Positions 56,236-64,000 of a stretch of DNA of 64,000 bases are shown piece after piece (position 1 is the first letter of the stretch; every line of letters starts with the position of its first letter). Both the position numbers and the translations under genes were made by a program. Source of the DNA: Verrucomicrobiota bacterium (lineage in GTDB: Bacteria; Verrucomicrobiota; Verrucomicrobiia; Limisphaerales; Palsa-1400); assembly GCA_049510745.1 (NCBI GenBank), contig JBEKYR010000004.1, positions 96,001 to 160,000 of the forward strand, read 5' to 3'. The notes beneath the pieces are model-generated. The model ran no database searches. It saw only the letters and a list, made by a program, of their open reading frames with translations, and was not told where the DNA came from.

Positions 56236-59200
56236 TTACTTTCCGTGATTCTCCAGCGACCCGGACGAATCCGTCACCTGGCCGCTTTCATTGATGGTGA
56301 CCTTTGCCGCGCCGTTGGGCAGGTCGCTCTCGGTAATCTTGCCGCCGGGCCAGCGGATCCAGACTTTCGTCGGCGGTTCCGGACAACCCAGGACCTGTAC
56401 GACGCTGTCTTGCGACCAGTAACCGGAGCCGCCATGGATTTCGCGCGCAGGGCCGAAGCGCTGGCCGAACTCCAGGCGGATGGCGGCGCCGATGGCGTGG
56501 GGATTCCCCGGCGGCCCGATTAATCGCACACTCAACCCCGGTTTGGCGCCCCTGTTCTTGAATAACTTGGTTTCTGCGCCGTTTTGGGCCACGGCCAAGT
56601 CCACCCGGCCGTCGCCATTGAAATCGCCCACCGCCGCTCCGCGCTGTTCGCCGTAAATGATGATGCCCGATTCCTGTCCCGGCATGGCCTCCAACTTCCC
56701 GCCGCCCAGCCCGCGCAAGAGCAAGCCCCGCCCCGCATCCTGGCGAGGCTGGTCCGGGCGCACTTGAAAAAAGTTTTGGCTTAGAAAAACGTCTTCGTTT
56801 CCGTCGCCATCGAAATCCGCCACGTTGACGCCGAAGGCTGGGGCCAGTTGCGCCGGATACGGCAACGGGACGGCCTCGAAACCGTTCGTGCGGTTGAAAA
56901 ACACCGTGGACGCCAGCGTCGTGGCCTCCACGCGGCTGGCCGCCTTGGGCAGCGCCGCCAGGACTTTCTCGATGGAGGCTTCGCTGTATTCCTTGTGGGT
57001 GGGAAATGCGGTCACGAAAAACGGAAACGCCACCGCCATCGCGGACCGGTCGCGCATGGGCACGACCGCGTTGAGGAGCGGATCATAGACCGTTTCAATC
57101 AAGTCATCCACGCCGGTGTCGGAGAAATCGCCATAATACAACGCCGCCGGATGTTGGGCGCTGGCCCGATAATCCGAGTTCCATCCCCAGTTGCCGGCAA
57201 TGATGTCCAGCCGGCCGTCGCCATCAATGTCTCCCGTCGTCACCCCGCGCCACCAACCGGTGTATTGGTCCAGGCCGAGCTCCCTGGTAATTTCGTGCAA
57301 GTGGCCCTTTTGATTCTTGAAGACGCGAATCGGGCCCCACTCGCAGGCCAGGATCAAGTCGGGAAACCCGGCCCCGTCCAGATCGCTCCAGACCGCGCCG
57401 TTTACCAGGCCGACGTTTTCCAAGGCCCGGGTGTTTTCCAGGTCGAGCACAAGCTGTTTTCCATCGTCGCGATAAATCTTCGAGCTGGCCGCCTCGGGAT
57501 AATGGCCGGGAATCACGCGCCCGCCTACAAACACGTCGAGATGCCCGTCGCCATAAACGTCGGCCACGGCCACCGGCCCGGTGCTGGCCCGCTGTCCGGG
57601 AAAATTGGCAATCGGATCCAGGCGGTTCGAATTGCACGAAAATACCCAACCCGACGGGAGGGCGCCGCGGATTTCATAGCTGGCCTGGCCGACCACCCAG
57701 AAAGGGGCGCCGTTGGGTTGAATCCAGCCCACGATACTCGTCAAATCGTCGGCATTGGTCAGCGCCGATTCCAGACGCACGAACCGGTCGTTGCCTTCCG
57801 CGGCGAACGCCTCCAATCGCCCCCCGCGCGGCGAGCCGATGACCAGCGCCTCGTGCCCGTTGGTGTCGCAGCTTACCCAGGCGACCCCGGGGCCGTCACA
57901 GCTCAGCCTGTGGGGCAATAGCGGCTGAACCTGGAAGTCGTCAAAATCCGCCTTCTGATACTGGTGCCCAATGAGCGAACTGACATCCTCAAACAGAGGC
58001 TTGAGCGGTTCGGCTGGCGGGGCCGGTTTGACGGAACTTGCGCCCGCTTCGTCTATTTCATAGATGCGGTTCGGGCGGACATCGCGGACGGCGCTGACCT
58101 TGCCATCGCGCCAGGTCACTTCGAGGGCCATGCTCTGGCTTTTGCCCGCGGCAAACACGCGCGCCGGGTCCGAGCCGGAAAGATATAACCCGCCACTCTT
58201 CACTTCCGCGCTTTGCATCGGCACGGCGCCGTTGAACAGTTTGATTTTCGCCCCGATGCCCTGTGAATTGGGCGCCCGCCCTTTTACGCGCACGGCCACC
58301 CGCGGCGCGGTTGCGTTATTGCGATAGATTTCGGCCGGCCCGTTAAAGCCGTTGACCACCAAGTCCAACTTGCCTCTTCCGTCCAAATCGCCCAAGGCTA
58401 AGCCCGTGCGGATGCCCGGGTCCGCAAGCCCCCATTGCAGGCCAAAGTCCTGGAATTGCAGCCCCGGCTTCCCCAAATTCCGGAAGGCCACAATGGGGTT
58501 CGTGAGCGGCTCCCGCATGGAATTGTTTCGCAGCAGCCCCTCGGTGAGGCGTTCTTGCTTCGAGCGCTCGATCTCATGGCCATCGGGTCCGATCTTGGGC
58601 GGCACCAGACGCTTGGCCCGCTCCAACTCCAGAGCTTTGGCTGACGCATCGCGGTCCTGCACGTCCCGAAAGAAACCGGTAATGACCAAAATGTCATCCC
58701 AGCCATCGAGGTCCACGTCCAGAAAGACCGGTTGCCAGGACCATTCGGCGGCGGCCACACCGGCGAACGCGGCGATTTCTTCAAAAGTCCCGTCGCCGCG
58801 GTTGTGAAACAGCGTGTTGCGCGTCACTTGAGGGGGGTCCTCTGCGCCCGGACCGAACAAATAACTCATCTCGTCGAGATTCTGCTGTTTCCGCACACTC
58901 CAGCTTCGGCTCACCATGTCCGAAACGATGAAGTCCTCATGGCCATCGTGGTCGAGGTCGGCAAAATCCACCCCCATGGAACTGGCGCTGGTGTGGCGCT
59001 GGGTGGTTTTCGGAACGGCGCGAAAATGTCCGTGCCCGTCATTGATCCAAAAACGATCGGGCGTCCAAAAATCGTCGCAGACATAAAGGTCCGGGGCGCC
59101 GTCGCCATTCACATCGTGGAATTGCGCGCCATTGGCCCAATCTTTCGGCGCTTCGGTGAGCGGTTTTCCGGCCTCGTCCAGAAAAGCGCCGTTGGTCCAG

Positions 59201-60036
59201 GAGACCGGCGAAAAATTCCCGTGGCCGTCGTTCAGGTAGAGCTGTCCGGGTTCTCCATACGGATAAGCCTGATTGTGAGCGGTCGTCACCTCATTCTGCA
59301 ACCGCGGCGGAACCTTGAGTTGGCCGTTGACCACAAGGAGTGTGGCGTCTGCCCGGTCCTGCACCGAAGAGCTTTTATAATCAGCCACGTAAAGGTCGAG
59401 CGTCCCGTTGCCGTCCACGTCCGCCAGCGCCAGCGTGGCCGCGCAATGATCCGAGAGCAAGCCGGCGGAACCGCTGATGTCCGCAAACGTGCCATCGTGC
59501 TTGTTGGTGAACACCAGCACTCCGTGTCCCATGGTGCCGACCAGCAGATCCGGCCAGCCGTCGCCGTTGATGTCGGCAAAAACCGCTCCCCGGCAAATGT
59601 AGTTGGTGCAAACGATGCCCGACGCCGCGGTCACGTCTTTGAACTTGAAGCCGCCAAGGTTTCGGTAAAGCGCGCAATGTCCATCCAACGCGCAAAGGAA
59701 AATGTCCGGCAGGCCGTCTTTGTCGAAATCTCCCACCGCCACCCCCGAGCCTTCGGCCAGGATCCGGTTTTCGGCGATCGCGCGTTCACTCACCTGGTTG
59801 GTGAAATAGAGGCCCGTTTCGTCGGGCAGCAAGCGAGTGAAACCGGGCTTGCCCGGGGGCTCCGGAGGAAGCTCGGCCCAACGAAAACCCGTCTCCTCAT
59901 GCCATTGAAATCCCGCGGCGATGGCCGGCGCTTCCCAAAACAGGACCGCGAGAAGAGCCAACCACAACAATCCGCATCGGCGATTTTCCGTCGCGATGGA
60001 TTTGATTCTTACGGAGACACTCACACTGGAACGCAT
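56236..60036 (-). CDS. Tandem double FG-GAP/ASPIC-UnbV protein (#5)
   Basis: Two FG-GAP blocks, each followed by N...IGA.I.....G.GY.S; N-terminal hydrophobic signal. Confidence 0.88.
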   Translation of the reverse strand: MRSSVSVSVRIKSIATENRRCGLLWLALLAVLFWEAPAIAAGFQWHEETGFRWAELPPEPPGKPGFTRLLPDETGLYFTNQVSERAIAENRILAEGSGVAVGDFDKDGLPDIFLCALDGHCALYRNLGGFKFKDVTAASGIVCTNYICRGAVFADINGDGWPDLLVGTMGHGVLVFTNKHDGTFADISGSAGLLSDHCAATLALADVDGNGTLDLYVADYKSSSVQDRADATLLVVNGQLKVPPRLQNEVTTAHNQAYPYGEPGQLYLNDGHGNFSPVSWTNGAFLDEAGKPLTEAPKDWANGAQFHDVNGDGAPDLYVCDDFWTPDRFWINDGHGHFRAVPKTTQRHTSASSMGVDFADLDHDGHEDFIVSDMVSRSWSVRKQQNLDEMSYLFGPGAEDPPQVTRNTLFHNRGDGTFEEIAAFAGVAAAEWSWQPVFLDVDLDGWDDILVITGFFRDVQDRDASAKALELERAKRLVPPKIGPDGHEIERSKQERLTEGLLRNNSMREPLTNPIVAFRNLGKPGLQFQDFGLQWGLADPGIRTGLALGDLDGRGKLDLVVNGFNGPAEIYRNNATAPRVAVRVKGRAPNSQGIGAKIKLFNGAVPMQSAEVKSGGLYLSGSDPARVFAAGKSQSMALEVTWRDGKVSAVRDVRPNRIYEIDEAGASSVKPAPPAEPLKPLFEDVSSLIGHQYQKADFDDFQVQPLLPHRLSCDGPGVAWVSCDTNGHEALVIGSPRGGRLEAFAAEGNDRFVRLESALTNADDLTSIVGWIQPNGAPFWVVGQASYEIRGALPSGWVFSCNSNRLDPIANFPGQRASTGPVAVADVYGDGHLDVFVGGRVIPGHYPEAASSKIYRDDGKQLVLDLENTRALENVGLVNGAVWSDLDGAGFPDLILACEWGPIRVFKNQKGHLHEITRELGLDQYTGWWRGVTTGDIDGDGRLDIIAGNWGWNSDYRASAQHPAALYYGDFSDTGVDDLIETVYDPLLNAVVPMRDRSAMAVAFPFFVTAFPTHKEYSEASIEKVLAALPKAASRVEATTLASTVFFNRTNGFEAVPLPYPAQLAPAFGVNVADFDGDGNEDVFLSQNFFQVRPDQPRQDAGRGLLLRGLGGGKLEAMPGQESGIIIYGEQRGAAVGDFNGDGRVDLAVAQNGAETKLFKNRGAKPGLSVRLIGPPGNPHAIGAAIRLEFGQRFGPAREIHGGSGYWSQDSVVQVLGCPEPPTKVWIRWPGGKITESDLPNGAAKVTINESGQVTDSSGSLENHGK

Positions 60037-60230
60037 GAACACAATGAAACAGGAATATTCATCCTGGCGCAAACAGATTGTTGGGTGCAAGTCCAAGCGC
60101 CTCCTGCCGAAACCGCAACATGACACTCAGGGCGTTTGGCCAAGCCAATGGGCGAATTGAAAGGCCGCCGGGCACTTTGCCGTTGTGCAAAAGCCGGCCG
60201 TGAACGCATTGTTCGGCAGCCCGGACAAGT

Positions 60231-60266
60231 AAAAAAGAGAGGCAGAGTTGTTGTCCTCTGCCTCTC
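60231..60266 (-). terminator. Rho-independent terminator of the Ig/LamG gene
   Basis: Minus strand GAGAGGCAGAG-8 nt-CTCTGCCTCTC-TTTTTT. Confidence 0.88.
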
Positions 60267-60314
60267 CCAACGTAAGACCCCGAACCTCAATCCACGCCCA
60301 TCGCTACAGGGCTA

Positions 60315-63300
60315 TTATAGCCCTGCCTGGAAGAACTGGGCAACGCCAGTGGTCGAAGTCGTGTAGGACCCCGACACGCTCACACTGGTCCACGGCCCGT
60401 TCACGCTTGGCGCCGAGTACAGGGTGCCCGGCCCGGTTGTGCCGTCTGTCTGGTCCCAGGTTACCGTGACCGTGCCGTTTTTGTTATTGACGATCGTCAC
60501 ATTCGGTGGCAGCACCCGAACGATGACTGCCTCGACGCTGCCGCCTTGGGTGGAGAACGTCTGGTTCTGTCTCGTATAGTAAACTGGCGGAGACAGCACG
60601 TTGAAGCTGAATTGGGTGCCTGGGGCCGTGAAGGTGCCCACCACATACATATTGGCGCCCATTGACCACTGGGCAGAGACGTTGGCGAGATTGTTGGTAT
60701 CTTGCAGTTGCTGTGCGGGGAGGCTAATGGGGCCGCCGCGATCGTCCAGCCCGATCCACTGGAACGAATACCGTATTCCAGGCGTGAGGTTTTGCAATTG
60801 GGCCACAAAAGATGGAGGTACAACGCTGGCAGTCGGCGGGTAAACGAAGTTATCCAACACCGCGTCAAAGTTGGTGTCACCGGTTGTTTCGGCGTTGAAG
60901 GACCCGCCGACGCCGGCACTCCCCCCTGGGGTCAAAGTGGCCACTGAACCGTCAGTCACGAAGTTAACCACTATATTGCTGTTGTCCAGATACACGGTCT
61001 CGGCAGTGTTGCCGAGGGCTTCCGCCCCCACTATCAGCCCAGGAGGCGCCAGCAGTGTCGCTTCCGCAGTGGGGTTGGGATACTTCGGGGAATATATAAT
61101 CGGGGCTGGCGGCGAGAAGTGGATGCCGGTGACGCCGTTGAGAACAGTCAACGTGGCGGGCAGGCTGACGCTCGGCCCGTTGGCGTTGCTCACGGTGACC
61201 GTATAAGTGCCGGCATCACCGAATACGACCGGGTTGATGGTCAGCGCCGGGGAGTTGGCGCCGGAGATGCGCGTATTGTTCAGGATGTTGGCGCCGTTCA
61301 ACTCCCATTGGTAGGAAGTGATGGGCGCTGACGGATCACTGGCCGCCCGCACGACGAACGTCTGCGAGAAGGTGGAATAAACCGTGGCACTCAGCGGTGG
61401 GATGCCGATGAAAGGCGGCAGTCCGGCGAGATTCGCCGTCTGCAACTGGATGCCGTTCAAGATGCCGTTTGAGCCGGTAACCGTAAAGGACAGGTTTCCA
61501 GAGACGTCGGAGATGTTGGTGTTGACAAAGTAGTTGGCACCCAGGGTCAACGGGTCGCGGGGAATCCCCGCCACAACCCCGGAAACGCCGCCGCCGCTGA
61601 ACGTGCTTCCCTCAGCGGTTGAACTTCCGTTGTCGGCGCTATAATAGACGGCCTCATAGGCGGCGTTGGGATTCAGGCCGCTGATAGTCACTTTAAGTTC
61701 CGTGCCATCGGCGTAGCCCGCCATTAAGTTGTTTGTGGTCGTGTCGGCGTTATTCGGATCGTCAACGTAACCGCCGGCTACCACCGAAAACCCCAGCGGC
61801 GTCGGACCACCTGAGTAATCCTCCAGGTAGGACTTGGAGGCGCTATTGACATTGCCACCCCCGCTAACGACCTCATTCCACACGTCGCTCGGCAGGCCCA
61901 GCACCTGCTGCTGCCCTCCAGACACGGGGTTATTGAAGTCCGCGCTGATCGCAATGTTGACCAGCAACGGCCGGCCGCTAATGGTCAGGGTCGCAGGGCT
62001 GCTCATTGCCGGGGAGCCCCCTGTGCCGTTGACCGTGACGGTGTAAGTCGCCGCATCGGATGCGACGACTCCGTTAATGTCCAGCGTGTCTAAATGTGAG
62101 CCGGTGACGCGGCCACCATCGCTGAGAGCCACTCCGTTCGACTGCCACTGATAGCTCAACCCCGAGCCGATGGCCACCACGTGGAACCGGGCGATGCCTC
62201 CGAGGCTGACAGCCGGATCGGCGGGACCCCAAATGATGCTCGGGGCGACCGGCGGGCTGCCCACAGACGAGGCGTAAAGCGAGTAAATCTGGCTGCACGA
62301 CAGAGCCTGCCCAAAGACCGCGACATCAGCAATGGAGCCGTCGAAGTTGTTGGTGCCGCTCGCGTCCGCCGGATCGTCCCCGATCAAAGCGCTTCCGCTC
62401 CACGGTTCATTGGCGTTGCCATATTTAAAAACGTTGGCGGCAAGCGAACCGTTGTTATAAACGTAAGCCGTGGCTCTGGACGGTTCAACAACGAGGGCGA
62501 CGAACGACCAGGTGTTTTCCGGCACGATCAGACCGGAATTCCACTTCGAGGTATTCGGATCGCCATTATTCCAAAGGTAGCCCAGGGTATCGGTCGCTGG
62601 ACCGTAAATCAGACCCGCGCCCCTGGTTTTCACGCGCGTCAGCAACAGTGCCGTGCCGGGAGCCTGCGGCCCAGCCGGCTTGACCCAGGCGGTAATCGTA
62701 ACCGTGTTGGTGTTCAAATCCAGCGGCGGAACCGTGATGGACGAACCCGTCTCATTGAAGACAAAGCTCCCCGCGGTGTTTCCGACCTCGAATCCGCTAT
62801 AAGGCGAGATTGGCACGCCCGTTGCGCCCAACGTGGCGTTGCTGCCGACCCTGCCGTTAAGACCATTGATGTAATCCAAGGCAATTGCGCTGCCGACGGA
62901 ATCATTCAGCCGCCAGTACGCCACCGGATTAGCTGCATTGACCGCCATAGAGTAACCGGTGGGGGAAATCCCGGTGAGTGTGCTGGAGTTGGTGGCGGAG
63001 CCGTTCGCATTGCTGACGATCAAGCTGACGGTCGTAGCTCCGGCGGGAACATTGGCATAAACCAGCACGGGCGTTTGTGAACCCGAGACCCCGCCGCCGT
63101 CGGTCAGGTTAGCTCCATTTGCCTGCCATTGGTATGCCAGCCCGTTGTAGAAGGGATTGTTGGGGTTGCCGGGTTGGCTGGTAGTCATCAGTATATTGGG
63201 AACGCCGGCGGCGATGGTCGCATAATGCACCGTGCGCCCTGCGTATATCGTCTGGTTCACTGGCGGCAGATAGATAACAGGATTGGAAGGCGCCACTTGA

Positions 63301-63992
63301 AGCTGCAAGCCGTTCCAAGGAGCCACCCAGCCGTTACCCCCCACCCCAGCGCCGACCGTGTAAACGACGGTGCCGGCGCCGTCCGATGCCATTACGGTTT
63401 CGTCGAAATTCTGGCCGTCAATAAAGTGTGAATTGTTGACGAGATTGGCGTTCGTGGTCCAACAAACATTGGTTACGGTGCCGGCGTCGTTGGTCCAAGT
63501 GACCATGGCGCCTTGCCCGTTGCCATTGCCGTTGCCGTAATTAATCACGACATAATTTGTGTTTGGAATCAGGCCCGTGAATATCACTGTTTTTGTGTTT
63601 CCAAACGTGTACTGTCCCAGCACGCCGACTGTGGCATCCGTCGGGTCCAACGGATCTGTGCCCCCCCACCCAGTGCCGCCTGAGATCTCGACCGTAACAC
63701 CCGTGGTATTCCCCTGCACATCCAAAAGGGGGCCGAGGACGACGTCGCCGCCGCCTCCCATTCCCTGCCAGATATCACCGGGAAGACCCAACGCGCCGGC
63801 GCCGCTCATCGTAAAACCAGCGGTATAGTAAATATCGATCAAGTTCAAGCTTGATTGGGCAAATGAAACCGTCTGTATGGCGGCGGCCAAAACAAAACCG
63901 GTTATCAAGGGAAGCAATCGGCGCCAGCCTGCCCGCTGTTGGGGCACGCCACGTGGATCCGGTAAAGGCAGAGTGTGGGTTCGGTGTTTCAT
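60315..63992 (-). CDS. Large secreted protein with Ig-like and LamG/concanavalin-like domains and a C-terminal FF-type domain
   Basis: Signal peptide; P.AYWRLN, TITAWVKP, W.FVALV, F.G.I.DVAVF..AL (LamG); Ig repeats; ends AQFFQAGL. Confidence 0.85.
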   Translation of the reverse strand: MKHRTHTLPLPDPRGVPQQRAGWRRLLPLITGFVLAAAIQTVSFAQSSLNLIDIYYTAGFTMSGAGALGLPGDIWQGMGGGGDVVLGPLLDVQGNTTGVTVEISGGTGWGGTDPLDPTDATVGVLGQYTFGNTKTVIFTGLIPNTNYVVINYGNGNGNGQGAMVTWTNDAGTVTNVCWTTNANLVNNSHFIDGQNFDETVMASDGAGTVVYTVGAGVGGNGWVAPWNGLQLQVAPSNPVIYLPPVNQTIYAGRTVHYATIAAGVPNILMTTSQPGNPNNPFYNGLAYQWQANGANLTDGGGVSGSQTPVLVYANVPAGATTVSLIVSNANGSATNSSTLTGISPTGYSMAVNAANPVAYWRLNDSVGSAIALDYINGLNGRVGSNATLGATGVPISPYSGFEVGNTAGSFVFNETGSSITVPPLDLNTNTVTITAWVKPAGPQAPGTALLLTRVKTRGAGLIYGPATDTLGYLWNNGDPNTSKWNSGLIVPENTWSFVALVVEPSRATAYVYNNGSLAANVFKYGNANEPWSGSALIGDDPADASGTNNFDGSIADVAVFGQALSCSQIYSLYASSVGSPPVAPSIIWGPADPAVSLGGIARFHVVAIGSGLSYQWQSNGVALSDGGRVTGSHLDTLDINGVVASDAATYTVTVNGTGGSPAMSSPATLTISGRPLLVNIAISADFNNPVSGGQQQVLGLPSDVWNEVVSGGGNVNSASKSYLEDYSGGPTPLGFSVVAGGYVDDPNNADTTTNNLMAGYADGTELKVTISGLNPNAAYEAVYYSADNGSSTAEGSTFSGGGVSGVVAGIPRDPLTLGANYFVNTNISDVSGNLSFTVTGSNGILNGIQLQTANLAGLPPFIGIPPLSATVYSTFSQTFVVRAASDPSAPITSYQWELNGANILNNTRISGANSPALTINPVVFGDAGTYTVTVSNANGPSVSLPATLTVLNGVTGIHFSPPAPIIYSPKYPNPTAEATLLAPPGLIVGAEALGNTAETVYLDNSNIVVNFVTDGSVATLTPGGSAGVGGSFNAETTGDTNFDAVLDNFVYPPTASVVPPSFVAQLQNLTPGIRYSFQWIGLDDRGGPISLPAQQLQDTNNLANVSAQWSMGANMYVVGTFTAPGTQFSFNVLSPPVYYTRQNQTFSTQGGSVEAVIVRVLPPNVTIVNNKNGTVTVTWDQTDGTTGPGTLYSAPSVNGPWTSVSVSGSYTTSTTGVAQFFQAGL

Positions 63993-64000
63993 AGTGTGTT

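Noticed and set aside
29659..60036. Enediyne biosynthetic cluster (UnbV genes)
   Set aside because: No iterative PKS, thioesterase or other cassette genes are in the window.
60130..60180. GGGC-N-TTG triplet at 20-bp period upstream of FG-GAP #5 as LytTR boxes
   Set aside because: The period is 20 rather than 21 and the match to the CCGyTyrTCCC consensus is poor.

Overview
64-kb GC-rich bacterial window. Gene content and intergenic repeats suggest a Verrucomicrobiota (Pedosphaera/subdivision-3-like) genome; this is inference. The left part (1-29 kb) is mostly ordinary chromosome: a large Ig-repeat surface protein, tRNA-Lys(TTT), glycerate kinase, a secreted SMP-30/DUF362/WD40 block, a vapBC-type toxin-antitoxin pair, ilvN-ilvC behind a Val-rich leader-peptide attenuator, an ECF sigma module, an MFS/GNAT pair, several peptidases (M50, SppA, M24, HtpX), a dipeptide epimerase and tRNA-Lys(CTT). 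Directly after tRNA-Lys(CTT) starts a ~31-kb accessory cluster (29.5-60.1 kb), the most interesting part. It holds five FG-GAP/ASPIC-UnbV (CRTAC1-like) beta-propeller proteins, an asparagine-synthetase-like ATP-dependent ligase lacking the glutaminase Cys, a RaSEA-like radical SAM enzyme, a LytS/LytTR two-component system with candidate 21-bp-periodic boxes, an outer-membrane barrel and a membrane-bound pentaheme cytochrome c-TPR fusion. It also holds a 9-gene operon encoding a hydrazine-synthase-alpha-like lipoprotein, a propeller/di-heme peroxidase fusion (HzsB-HzsC-like architecture), a YjgF/chorismatase-like protein, two orphan solute-binding proteins and a DUF3365 heme protein. The cluster carries 10 CxxCH motifs in total and looks like an uncharacterised periplasmic redox/nitrogen-chemistry system. 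No integrase, transposase, CRISPR array or rRNA is seen. All family calls were made by eye from motifs, without database searches.
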